From Folioceros fuciformis (taxonomy: Eukaryota): a DNA stretch of 20,000 nucleotides. Position 1 is the first letter of the stretch, and every line of letters begins with the position of its first letter. This document shows, in pieces, positions 1 through 11,800 of this stretch. A program made the position numbers and the translations under genes. The notes under the pieces were generated by a model. The model saw only the letters and a program-made list of their open reading frames with translations, was not told the origin of the DNA and did no database searches. The stretch spans positions 277,248 to 297,247 of the forward strand of contig JBNGIO010006285.1 of the NCBI GenBank assembly GCA_049999805.1. The letters run 5' to 3'.

Positions 1-370
1 CAAACACGGTAATGAAGAAATTCCTGCAACCGAACATGAGCTGTGTTACTGTACAATTTCTAGCGGAAGCTGGTGAGGACGTCTTCCTCAAGCTTCACTA
101 GAAACCAATTTCTGGCGAATTCCTGAGGACCTCACGCTGAAACATGCCGTGACAAGGTTACCTGATCTGAAGTGCGAACATAATAAACCAAACCGCATTC
201 ATCGTTGTTAAAGACGCCGAAAGAGCCGCATATGTATGAACAAAAGCCGGGATGGCAATGTCTCTCATAGCTAACACAGCTAGGGCCAAGTTTATCACTG
301 AGAACCCGAAATACATTGATCCATTTGATCCTATCATGGCGCAGTCCAGGAAACATTCACAACTCGACAT
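1..370 (-). CDS. Putative 5' part of an unknown spliced membrane-protein gene (exon 370..162, intron 161..24, exon 23..<1)
   Basis: Two hydrophobic segments (YFGFSVINLALAVLAM, AALSASLTTMNAVWFIMFAL) lie in ORF 158..646. The ORF 'stop' falls inside a strong AG|GTAAC donor at 161. A TGCAG| acceptor at 24 restores phase (AG+G=R) and continues as hydrophobic NFFITVF. No family recognised. Confidence 0.3.
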
Positions 371-903
371 ACTGTCAGTACAGACTGGTTCACTCCTGAG
401 AGACACGAACGTGTGCGTAGAGGAAGAGGACGACAACGGTTTGTGAAGGATACAAACCGGACCTAAAGTGATTATGAAATGCAAACCCCGTGTCCTGTTC
501 CCTCTGACTACGATAGATAGCGGAGAGAATATAATGGACGCGCTCGCTTTGTTGTGTTTGCTGGCTTGAGAGAGCCTAACGTGTCCTTCAATCTGAAATG
601 TATACCATGAGAAAAATGATAAAACATTGGAAAACAGACAAGCCAAAAATCAACGCATTCAAACCGTGTTTCCATGCGTCTTATTCTTTTTTCGTGCGCG
701 GTTCGTTAGGAGTCGTGATTGTTTATGACCCCGATTTGTGCCAAGTCCTATGGTTATGAGGGGCCCTTCTTAGAATGAACCATGCCTTATAAACCATGAT
801 ATTTTGAGCGACACTTTTCACAAATAGATAGGAGAAGGGAAGGAAAGAGGATGGGACTAAGAATCCTGGTGATGGCTAATGCTGAAACGTTGTAGTTTAG
901 AGT

Positions 904-912
904 CTCCCCCTC
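904..912 (-). other. Polypurine tract of the Copia element
   Basis: GAGGGGGAG on the minus strand, shortly after the RNase H remnant; typical Copia PPT. Confidence 0.65.
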
Positions 913-1546
913 ACAATGGAGCTAAGGAAGTTTAGCGTCTATCTCCCAAGTGAGCTTCCTTGCTAATGAGTCCAATGTTGCGAACGTGCTTCTCATGCAA
1001 GGGCTTGAGCAAACCCTTACTCTAGAGGTCTGATGTGTTGTCCATGGTGTTCACGTACTTCACTAGGACTTGTTTGTTTGCTACTACCTAACCAAAGAAA
1101 TGATACTAAATTTCCAAGTGTTTTGTCTTGGTGTGGAGAATAGGGTTGTGGATCATGGCAATTGCGGATTGATTGTCGAAGAGCAGCTCGGTTGGTTCAT
1201 CACCAATGTCCTACAGGAACTATTGAATCCACATGATCTCTTTAGCTGCAAGTGAAGTGGCAGCATACTCTGTTTCGCTGCTTAACAGAACAAATTGTTT
1301 GCATCTTCCTCAAGATATGGATGAGTAATTGATAATCATGTAGTTTGAAGCTGTGGATTTCCTTGCATTTAGATCTCCTACTCAATCTGCATATGAGAAT
1401 GAGGTCAACTTGAGCTTGTTTCCTAGTGTTATCTGTTGACTAATCCCAAGGACTTCGTACCCTTCAAATAATGAAAAGTCACTTAACATAGGTTTAATCG
1501 ATACGTCCAAGATTAGACAAATATCTAGAAGCAATGTTCATGGGCC

Positions 1547-1559
1547 TAAGCTACGTCGG
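1547..1559. repeat. Left copy of LINE target-site duplication (partner at 4140..4152)
   Basis: TAAGCTACGTCGG here versus TAAGCTATGTTAG at 4140-4152. The three differences are C>T/G>A at CpG positions. Both copies encode the same Copia RT 'PD(I/V)A' segment on the minus strand. Confidence 0.75.
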
Positions 1560-4139
1560 CGATGTGTGAGAAGCTTTGGGCTAGGTAACAACTTTTGTAG
1601 ATGGATTGCAATGCTTTGTGAGGATGCAGGTGCAATGGTCTCTATGAGCGGATCCTTTACCGATAGGATTGATATCAAGAGGTCGGTACGTCAAGGATGC
1701 CCTCTAGCCCTGTTCATGTTCATCATTGTCACTGACTTTCTTCTGCAAGCAATTAAGTAGGACTTAAGGATTGAAGGCATTCAGAATCCCGACGACTCGC
1801 AGCTATGCATCTCGGCCTTTGCTGATGATACCCTGTTATTCTCATCTGCAGATACGACGTCCTTAACGGCCTTGCTCTCCAAGGTTCAGATTTTTGGTCA
1901 GCTATCAGGGTGCAATGTGAATTGGAGCAAGATTAGGATTATGTGCGTTAACATGCAGGAGGAGCCACCCGACTACATTAGACACATTATGCGGGTCCAG
2001 CCCAGCTCGTCACACAAGTACCTAGGCCTGTCATTCCAAGAAGAGGATGAGAATGCTGAGATTGGTAAATATGTCTGCCTCAGGTTCATTCAGAAAGCAA
2101 TCAGCTTATGCCTTTTGGATCTTAGTCTTGCAAGCAGAATCGTGGTCATAATCCATATTTTGACCACTTCCTTGTGGTACTATTTGTTCTTATGGGCCCC
2201 CAGGAAGGTGGACCTGATAAGGCTGCAACAGATTATTTCCAACTTCTTGTGGAGTAAGTCGAAGGAGCTGCTCTCCCCTTCCCATGAGATGGTGTGGCAT
2301 CATATAATACAGAGCAAGCGTTTGGGTGGGCTTGGACTAGTGGATCCCACTTGCAAAATGAAGATCCTTCATGCGCAATGGGTTCTGAAGGCAGCTGGCC
2401 CAATGGGCTACCCCCGGAAAAGTTGGTTAACCCAACACTTGCAGCAAACTCAAGCGGTGGTCCCGGGGTGGAGGTCTATTGACAACTTATTGGCGAATAG
2501 ACCCTTGCTTGACACTAGGGAGTGCTCTCCACTCTTTATCTCAATTTGGCGCAGCTTCTTGGAAGTTAAAACCTTCCTTAACTCAGTCCTGCCCAGGAAT
2601 AGGGATGATGCACTGGGCCTCCCTCTCCAAGGGTTCAAGGGGCTTTGGTCATAGGAATTCCGTTCGCGGGTGTGTCGATCCCAGATTTTTGTTTCCGCTG
2701 GTAGAAGAGGCATTGTGCAACTCGGGCACCTATGGAACCGAGTAGAAGAAGGATGGAAAACAGTGGAGAAGGTTCGAGAAGAGTTTGGGACTCCGGTTAG
2801 ACATGTGAGACTAATGCTTTCATGGCTACAAAAAGGGATGGCAGAAGAGGTGAAGCAAGCGTTATTACGGCAGGCCCAGGTGGGCATTCACACCCTATGG
2901 AAGATAGGCTGAGAGATTCCGACTAGAAGGGGGATGCAGCCATTCCAGACTTTGACAGGGCAGTGCTTGTATCATCTCTGACAGACGACAATGGGAATCT
3001 ATCCTACAGGACTTTGAGCACAGAGGGGCTTCTGGAGGTTATAGGCAGAGAAGAAGGTATGATCGGTGGAGTGTGCTTGAGGGGGATTACCACGCTTTAC
3101 AAGGCGAGGCGAGCGGGTCATTGGCTTACCCAAGAACAGCATGATAGCAAGAAACAACCTCCGTATCGAAGTCCTGTAAGATGTTGGTTTCGCTTGACGG
3201 AGAATTGGAAGTTAGTGATGAGACATGACCTCTATACGTGGCTTGTGACCTCTGGAAGTATACAGAAGAATGCGAGGTCACTCTTCAACTTTCCTTCGAG
3301 CACCATCTACCTTTGGTTGGTGCGCACACAAAAATCTCCTTAGCGAGGTCAACTGGCTCCTAGGTTGAGGCTCTCCTAGTGTCGCCAAAGGGCAACGATC
3401 AAACTCTTGTGGTCGACCATTGGGTTAGTCCCCAAGGTGCGGATTACCATCAAGTGTTTCTTCCAAGCTTGTTTGCCTAACGTGGATCGCCGGGATGGGT
3501 TGTTGGCGGCCACGGGGGAGGAGTAGTGCAGGCTTTGTACTGTTGACGCCCCGCACAAAAGCCAACATATCTTCTTCCAATGTGACTATGCCCAAGGTGT
3601 CTAGATTGAAGTTGGCAGATGGCTCCAAAGTCTTCTCCCGGAGAGAACCATTGTGGTTGCAAAGCAAACTGCCCTATTCGGGCTACATGCGCTGACAGGA
3701 GAGCCGCTCGTTCAGAAGCAATGGTGGGGAGTGGTGTGGTCTCTATCTCTTTGCGCCCTATGACAAAATTGGACAGCTATGGTCTATGGCGGGAGTAACC
3801 CGATATCAAGGAAAGCTCTGCTTTGGCATATCTGGGAACAAGTCCTAGTGATGGCGGAGAGCATTCGTACTTCCGCTCCCAACAAGTTCAGACGGACAGA
3901 GTGGAAGGCAGCTGGATTCCTCAGGCATAATGGCCAGTGAAATCACTCCTGCCCGTGGGAAAGGTAAGCCACACATTGACGAGAGATCTCTCGCTTGCAC
4001 GATAGATCAGATTTGTTCACCTCTGCAGTCTAGAAATTTGCAAATAGACTAACGCCTTACACAATTGCGCGTGCAAGCGCTGTACTCTGGATGTAGCTTG
4101 AGCTACGGATAATCAAATTTTTTTCTTCGCGAAAAAAAT
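1560..4139 (+). mobile_element. 5'-truncated, degenerate non-LTR retrotransposon (LINE, L1/Tx1-like ORF2: RT plus zf-RVT-like knuckle)
   Basis: One frame from 1566 to 2654 (single in-frame TAG at 1758) reads 'FG....FCRWIAML..SVRQGCPL...AFADDTL..FGQLSGCNVNWSK..KYLGL..FLW..GGLGL'. A Cys/His knuckle 'CRLC...SQHIFFQCDYAQ' lies at ~3525-3600. An A-tract at 4132-4138 is followed by the TSD. Confidence 0.9.
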
Positions 4140-4831
4140 TAAGCTATGTTAGGTCATGTCCAGATTATTAAGAGATATACAACATTGCCAACTACTTCAT
4201 TGTAAGGTACTTGCTGCATCTTCTTTACTTCCTCGAGAAGCGTTAGTTTTCTCCAAAAACTTTTTCTCGTGTAGCAATACAAGTTGATACTGGTTTGGTG
4301 TACTTTAGATTAAACCTATCCCATTGATTATTTACTTAGTGTTCTTGATGAATAAGTATGAATGATTTGTAGGGTATATCGATGTCATATTTAGTGGCCA
4401 TCTCCATGTGAAGGGAGGATACAATAGTAGAGTAGTCGTGGATACTAGGCATAGGTTAGGGGTTATCAATAAGAGTGGCGTGGTAGATAGATGTAAAGGG
4501 GGTGAGCTTGGTTAAAATGGACATTGTGAGAGAAGAGCGTGTGAGATTTCTTATGGTTTTATTAGCAATGTGGGAAAAAGCCAGACTTTCGAAGATGCAG
4601 AGATGAAAAATATTAGGTTTATGTCTACTCCAATGCTCAAAAGGAGTGGTATTAGGCAAGTCTTTTGTAGGAAGTCAGTTCTTCAAGTAATTAGAGGTAG
4701 ACAAACGCAGCTTCTGCATAGTAGCCTTTGGAGAGGTCGGCTAGCTTGAGCAAGAAGTAGGAGATTTCTTGCAAAAAGTGGTTAAGTCATTCGGCAAAGG
4801 GATTCTGAGAGGGGTACTGAACAATGAGTTG

Positions 4832-5098
4832 TTATTGACTACCTTTGGATTTGCAGAAAGTAGTGCTAGTACACTTACCCTTGTTGTCTGTTCGTAGGGC
4901 GGTAACCTGAAAACTGATGTGGTGTTCTATTGTAAGGATGAAGTCTTGGAACCATAAAAGGACTTCATCTTTGTGGCGTAAGAAATAGAAATGATAACAA
5001 TATAAGCTCCACTCATCTAGAAAATTGATGAAATATGATTGACTACCAATAGATATAATATTCATAGGGCCATACATATCAGAATGAACTATCTCCAA
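4832..5098 (-). pseudogene. Copia integrase core (rve) fragment
   Basis: HSDMYGP and RTDNKG motifs match Copia integrase H(S/T)DxxGP and RSDNGGE; flanked by stops and frameshifts. Confidence 0.85.
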
Positions 5099-6292
5099 AA
5101 GTCAAAGGGTATGAGCTGATGAAGAGTCGTTGAAGGGTGATTAATGTAACTTAGTGTATTTGAAGATTTCGCTAAAGACATCATGTGTACCTTGACTTTT
5201 ATTAGATCTCGACACCTGTTAGGGCTACCTAGTATGTTAAGGTACGTAGGATTCATGTCTTACTCTCTAGTGCTAAAGAAGTGATTCATTTGCTGAAATA
5301 TGTTGGAAGTAACCCCGTTAGGGTTAGCTTCTTATAAACGTTGCAGCTGTTAGGTGGTTTAATAGCTAATTATGAAAGGTCATGACTCTTGGAGAGTTTT
5401 TTTTGTATATAAGCACTTTATTATTCATAAATAAATATAACATGAGAACAACTTTGAGTATGTTAGATCCTCAAATGTTTCACAAAATAAGAGGGGTGCT
5501 ATCATCGAAGAGAGGATGTAGACTAGATAGTAAGGAGGTACATGTCGTTGAAAGGTAGACCATGTGTTAGGGTTGTCTGGCTAGGGTCCTTAGAGTGATT
5601 GATAATGTAGTGAATTATGATGTTGAGCATCATTCATGTCTTATGTGTATTGAAGCGTACTTTTGTCCAGTGCATAAATCTAGATGAGAACATTGTGTGC
5701 GCACTTATCCCTCTTGTTCTAGGCTGTGATTGTGTTAGATGTTCCAATGAGATTGGAAGTAGGCCCTGGCACTAGGAGTATACCATCAACAATCTCCATT
5801 AGATCATGCTCTTCTAACAAAGCTATGACCCTCGTGTTCCACACAACAAAATCAGTTTTGTTACACTAGTCTCAATTACAAAACTTAATATGGGTGGTAT
5901 TGACTACAATGAGGGCTAGCATACCCATGATTGATGGTGTCTTAGTTTTTCTCTTATAGTTCTTAAGAGAATCAAAATCTAACATACATGTCTTCTAAGG
6001 GCCATGGATGAGATGGTAATGATGATGGTCCTAAGTAGATTACACAACATGTTGGAGTGAGTGCATGTTGAGGTTTGAATCCGATGCGACACATCATTTC
6101 TCAATGACTTGCCTTGGAAATGAGGGTCGGCCCATAAGTGAGTAACATGGAGAGGTATGCTACCTAGCCATATTGTCCATTTCAAGATCATTGGTGCTGA
6201 TTGCCTTTCGTTTTGTGCAACGCCATGACGACTAATCCTGAAAGACTGGATGTAAGGCGCACTCGATGCACCAAACGGTTGAGAGCATTTAG

Positions 6293-6304
6293 GCTTTGAT
6301 ACCA
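6293..6304 (-). other. Primer-binding site complementary to initiator tRNA-Met
   Basis: TGGTATCAAAGC on the minus strand, one mismatch from canonical TGGTATCAGAGC, upstream of gag. Confidence 0.75.
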
Positions 6305-6681
6305 TAAAGCGAGGGCCAGTTCAAGGATTAGTATTTTATTAATAGAGTGCACGGGTATTTATACATATAGATTATTTGATTCCAACAACCTAACAGCAAT
6401 TTTGTAGTTTTTCTCTAATGGCCATAGTTTTAGATTAGGTTAGAACTCAAACTCTATTTAATGCGAAACGTGCCTTAAAAACACAACATCCACGAGCGCT
6501 AAGACACGTGATGCCGCAACACCTATCCCCAACGACAAGATTGTTGGTCTTGCCCTTTCGGTATTCTGTCTTTTGTATGTTGTCCATGAGTGCACAATGC
6601 ACCAACTCCTCCTCGTTGCATTTAGGCTATGAGTTTGAGTGTTTCTATAGCCAAGCTCTTAAGCGGATATCCATGACACCT

Positions 6682-6784
6682 CCTAGGCTTAGAAGTCATT
6701 TGATCTCAATAGAGACCTAGGCTTAGAANNNNNNNNNNTCTCAATAGAGACCTAGGCTTAGAAGTCATTTGATCTCAATAGAGA
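6682..6784. repeat. 34-bp tandem repeat (~3 copies) spanning a 10-N assembly gap (6729-6738)
   Basis: The unit CCTAGGCTTAGAAGTCATTTGATCTCAATAGAGA is identical on both sides of the Ns. Confidence 0.85.
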
Positions 6785-7701
6785 CTTTGAGAAAATACAT
6801 GTCTTATCGTGATTGTGTACAACCCAATTCCTAGCCATGTTCGTATTTGTGTCTTCTTCGCATGTATGTCAACTTGTGTGTCTTTAACTATGTCACCTTG
6901 AGTGTGGTTGTTGGTACCAAAAGACCATCAAAGGATACCATTCAAAAGGCAAGAAGTATTATTGAATAACTCCCATGGCATCATAGGTGGTTGTGTGGAT
7001 AAGTAGTTCATAGGAGTCACAACTCCTAACAGGCTCTTAGCATAAGTTGCAGTGCATGACAATGGACTATGGCTCTTCTTAGCTTTGTCTAATATGACTT
7101 CTATGATAGTGCTTTGTAAGGCATGATGAAGACAACAAAAGCTGGCTACCTTCTTTCACAACACAAACATACACAACTTTTGTTGGCTCCAGTGCTAGAA
7201 GGAACTATACCCCTTAGTAAAGAGAACATATTGTTGGAAGGGCAAACAAGCGAATGTTTACAAAACACTCTCTACTCTTTCATACGCGAACGACATTACT
7301 CAACTCCCTCGCTGCTTTTACTTGCTAAACTAAGCATCCTACATACTAGGCACACATAGGCCCTCATTCTCACATGTGCCTCTTGCTCACTTTGGGCTAG
7401 AGGTGCCCATGAGGGCTTGCACATAGGCACCTATAACCTGAAATTGGCTAGAGGCATCAACACAATCACGTACTCATCCCAAGTATCTTCAGCTGAGCTC
7501 TGAAATCTAATCAATGCTTCACACTATAGGCCCTAACATAGCTATGCCCAAGCTGTCACCCTCATGAGAGCCTCTATCTCATTTCGAGGCTGTAGTTTGC
7601 ATGTGAAATTTTCCGGCCACCTATAGCCCATGCAATCACTTATTCATCAAGGATCCTCAGCACTGCTTCAAAATATGCTCAATGCTTCATGAGACAACTC
7701 A

Positions 7702-7853
7702 AAGACACTGGGTTGCTAGCTTTGCATGTGAGCCCTTCTTCCCCTAAGTGTGTAAGAAGAATGGATCGTAAGGTAGTAAGACACTGGGTTGCTAGCTTTG
7801 CATGTGAGCCCTTCTTCCCCTAAGTGTGTAAGAAGAATGGATCGTAAGGTGGT
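7702..7853. repeat. 76-bp tandem duplication (2 copies)
   Basis: AAGACACTGGGTTGCTAGC...GGATCGTAAGGT starts at 7702 and 7778; one mismatch near the unit end. Confidence 0.9.
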
Positions 7854-8756
7854 AATCGGTGAACAAAAACAGTATAGGTGATAACAAGCCAAAGGTTGAT
7901 GATTCACACTACAACGTTGTTGATCATGAAAATTTTCGAGAAGAATCAATATTTCGAGTAGACAGGAAGGGGGCTAGAAATAAGTGCTGATGGCAGCTCT
8001 CTACATTGTGCACACCCTTAACACTGGTGGCTTTATACAAAACAACATTATGGGCTTATCTCTTGGGCTAAGTCACTTTTGTGATTTTTTCTGGATTTGC
8101 GCTTAGATGTTCTGGTTAAGATTTGGCTTTGATGATTATTTTCATAGTAGTACAGTAAAATAAAAATTTAATGTATGTGTTTCTTCCTAAACCCTAATTT
8201 GATACATACAATTATTTTATCAAAAGTTTTCACCCTGCGACAAAAGTCTCACTGACCTGCTGAGAACCTTGGAGAGAGTTAGCATCATAGCAATACTTGA
8301 AGCCTCTCCGTCTAAGAGGTTATGCTGCAAGTCAGGCCCTGATGGTGAAATAAGAACGACCTTATATATAGGCATCGTTGTCCAAGAGTGACTTTTGCAC
8401 TTACCACCGTCCGTTCACTCCGTGGGTGAGTATCATCTTGCTTCACTGATTTGCCCAGAATGATCCTGCTCCATTCCCTCGACGGATGGGCCAGCATACT
8501 TAGGTAACTGCGGATGGAAGCTCCAGCTGCATCGCCGTCCTGACCAATTTACATCCACGTCTATACAATTCAGACACAGACCAACCACAATGAGCTTTAT
8601 CTGGCAGCGAACGCGATCAAAATTTGTGATTGAATCACATGCCTGTGAGTGTCCTACAAAACAACCATGGACTTGAGATGAACATGGGGAACTAACCCAC
8701 AACACTTATGCTGTTGAAGCTGTTGGCGGTTCAAAAGATGCACATGTTGAAAGTTT

Positions 8757-8873
8757 TTAGTCAGCTTGAACGTCCTGCAACAACTTGAGAGTGTGTGGCA
8801 CAAGGTCCACGCCTTTGTTTCGACCAGAAGATCCCGTAACTTCACATATGTATCTTGGCTGTCACAATGTTTT
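8757..8873 (-). pseudogene. Frameshifted remnant of the proximal DYW domain downstream of the PPR stop
   Basis: Removing one A from the run at 8870-8873 gives GDQK-HCDSQDTYVKLRDLLVETK (consensus GDxxHPxSxxIYxKLxxL). The original frame then reads GVDLVPHTLKLLQDV (consensus GYVPDT..L.DV) up to TAA at 8757. No HxE or CxxC follows. Confidence 0.65.
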
Positions 8874-11800
8874 CTGATCCCCAACAACGAACACGTGTGC
8901 ATTTCCATTCAAGTCCATCCACCAGGTGCGTCCTGCTTCTTTCCAAGCTTGTGACTCTACTCTCATTTCCTGAACCTTCTTCGCCTCCTGTGGAATGTGA
9001 GCAGCGGCATAGATATTTGACATCAAAATGTATGCTGCAGCGTCACTTTTGTCCAGCTTCACAGCGAATTCAAATGCCTGCCTCCCAAGCTCCACATTGC
9101 CCCAATTTCGACAGGCAGCCAAAAGGCATTTCCACACTCCACTGTCAGGTTGGATAGGCATTGTCTTCACCATGTCCATTGCATCATGGATTCTGCCCGC
9201 ACGGCCAAGAAGATCAACCATGCAATTGTAGTGCTGCATCGTTGGGGTAATGCTATACTCCCTGCTCATGGCCAGAAACAATGCCTGGCCCCTGTCTACT
9301 AAACCACCGTGACTGCATGCGATTAGGAGACCAACAAATGTTACGTCGTTTGGCTGCAAGCCTTGCTTCTCCATCCTCCTGAACAGGTCAAAGACAATTT
9401 CACCCTCCCCTTGACGGGCGTATCCCCCTAGCAAGGCATTCCATGCTGTAATATCTTTACTGGGCACTCTGTCGAACACTTGCTGTGCATCCACCATGCT
9501 TGAACATTTGCCATACATGTCAATCAGACTGTTGGGTATAAATGAGCCAAGCTCTAAGCCAGCGTTCAAAATCTGGCCGTGAATCTCTCTCCCTTTCTCC
9601 AGACCGGCTACATTGCTGCACGCGTTGAGTGCACCAACATAGGTTCGCTCGTTAGGGATGACACCCTCCTGCTGCATTCGTGTGAACAACTGCAAAGCCT
9701 CTTCACCCTTGTCCATTTGAGCATACCCCAAGATCATGGAATTCCACGACACCACGTCACGCCTGGGCATTTTCTCAAACATCTCCCTGGCATCTTCCAG
9801 ACTGCCACACTTTGCATACGCATCGACAAGCATGTTCCCTACAAACAGATTTAACTCAAAGTCGTCCTTTCTGACATTCGCATGGATGGCTCTCACAGAT
9901 TCCAGACACAGCTTTCTAAGCTTTATCAAATCACCACCATTTCTCTCCGCTGACTCTACAATGGCAGTGCAAGCTTTAATTGCACCAACGTATGTTCGAT
10001 CATTTGGGACTACCCCTTCCTCTTGCATACGCGCATACAATTGCAAGGCCTCCTCACCCTTCGCCATCGTGGCATACCCCAAGACCATGGAGTTCCATGA
10101 CACCACAGAACGAACAGGCATATCTTCAAACACCTTCCTGGCATCCTCCAGGCTCCCACATTTCGAGTAAGCATCTACTAGCTTATTCGCCACAAACAGG
10201 TTCCCTTGAAAATTCCCCTTGACAACATTGGCATGGATGGCTCTCACAGTTTTGAGGTACTGTACTTTGTCCCCATCATCGTTGTTTCCTTCTCTGAGTT
10301 CTCCAATGGTACTGCAAGCTTTCAGTGCGCCAATATACGTTCTACTATTTGGCAACACACCATCCTCTTGCATCTGTGCATACAATCTTAGAGCCTCCTC
10401 ACCCTTCTCCATCTCAGCATACCCCAAGATCATTGCAGTCCATGACACCACATCCCGATCAGATAGATTCTCAAACACGTGCCTAGCATCCTCCAGACTC
10501 CCACACTTCGCATACGCATCCACAAGCATTGTCCCCAAGAATCTATCCAACGCCTTCCCCCCCTGTCCAATATCTGTATGGACGCTTCTGACAACCTCAA
10601 GGCATCGCTCTTTCCCACGTGTTCCATGACCAACATTTATGTCCACCAGTTCTCCGACAATACTACAAGCTTTGAGCACAAGAAGATGCGTCTGGTCGTT
10701 CGGAACCGTACCAACCTCCCTCATCTGTGTGTACAACTGCAAAGCCTCTTCAGACTTCTCCGTCTGGGAGTGCCCCGAGATGATGGAATTCCACGAACCA
10801 ACATCCCGACGAGGCATTTCGTCAAAGACCCGCCGAGCGTCCTCCAGGCTCCCACATCGTGAGTAAGCTTCTACAAGCATGTTCCCCACAATCACACTTG
10901 ATGAAACGTTCCCACCTCCAAAGTCTGTGTGTATGGCTCTCACAGTTTCCAAACACTGTCTGCTAACAGCTACCACGTCACACCCGTTTCTGTGCCCCCA
11001 TTCCGCAACGGCAATACAAGCCGTAAGGGCACCAACACAAGCTCGCTCATCGGGAAGCACACCTTCCAGCCGCATTTTCCTGAACATAAGCAAAGCATCT
11101 TCAGCCCTACCCATCTGAGCGCACCCAAATATCATGACAGTCCAGGAAACCACAGTACGAACAGGCATACGCTCGAAGACCAGTCTAGCATCCTCGAAGC
11201 TTCCACAGTTTGAATACGCATCCACCAACGTGTTTCCCACAAACACATTCCCCTCACAGTTCGACTTCCTCACATCCGCATGGATGGCTCTCACGGTGTC
11301 GAGGTATCGTCCTTTGGCAACACAGTCATCACCATCCACCGATCCTAAAACAGCAGTGCAAGCTTTGAGTGCAGCCACGTACACCCGATCGTTAGGAACC
11401 ACACCCTCCTGGTGCATGCGTTTATACAATTCCAAGGCCGCTTCGCCCTTTCCCATCTGTGCGTAACCCGAAATCATGGAGTTCCAAGAGACAACATCCC
11501 GGTGAGGCATCTCCTCAAACACCCTCCTAGCATTATCCAAGCTCCCACATTTCGCATAAGCGTTCACAAGCATGGTTCCCACATAGATATCAGTCTCCAA
11601 GCCATTCCTAACCACTTCTGCGTGAATATACTTGGCAGTACTCAGGTCCTGCAGGCCACTGCACGCCTTCAAGAGAAGGACAAAGGTATGTTGCCCTGGT
11701 TCCACCCCATGCTCCCGCATATCCTGATACAGCTTGAGAGCCTGCCTACCGTGCCCAGACTTGCTTTGCTGCGCTATCAATGTCGTCCAGGAACTTTCCC

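Larger units (their letters stand above)
904..6304 (-). mobile_element. Degenerate Ty1/Copia LTR retrotransposon internal region (gag-INT-RT-RNaseH), interrupted by a LINE at ~1560-4139
   Basis: Minus-strand remnants occur in Copia order. PBS at 6293-6304. Gag N-terminus 'DFVVWNTRVIALLEEHDLMEIVDG' at ~5780-5860. Integrase 'EIVHSDMYGPM...YFLRHKDEV...LRTDNKG' at 4832-5098 and 'TPFEHWSRHKPNIFHLCIF' at 4456-4659. RT C-terminus 'KPVST...VPYNEVVGNVVYL..T*PNIA' at ~4145-4320, resuming as 'PDVA..SRYLSNLG..YLKGT' at ~1445-1559. RNase H 'YAD*VGDLNARKST..SETEYAA..DNQSAIA..HTKTKHLEI' at ~970-1400. PPT at 904-912. Many stops; most of RT appears deleted. Confidence 0.9.

Noticed and set aside
650-903. 3' LTR of the Copia element (and 5' LTR beyond 6305)
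   Set aside because: No convincing similarity was found between the sequence left of the PPT and right of the PBS, and there are no clear TG...CA ends.
4116-4140. 10-bp inverted repeat AATTTTTTTC/GAAAAAAATT as a terminator or TIR
   Set aside because: Low complexity, and it coincides with the LINE A-tail and TSD, which explain it.
6682-6784. 34-bp repeats as a CRISPR-like array
   Set aside because: The units are directly adjacent with no spacers, the context is eukaryotic, and they straddle an N gap. More likely a minisatellite or duplicated contig ends.
5979-7359. Short ORFs 5979..6305, 6508..6720 and 7123..7359
   Set aside because: No domain signatures; they lie in the TE leader or in decayed repeat DNA.
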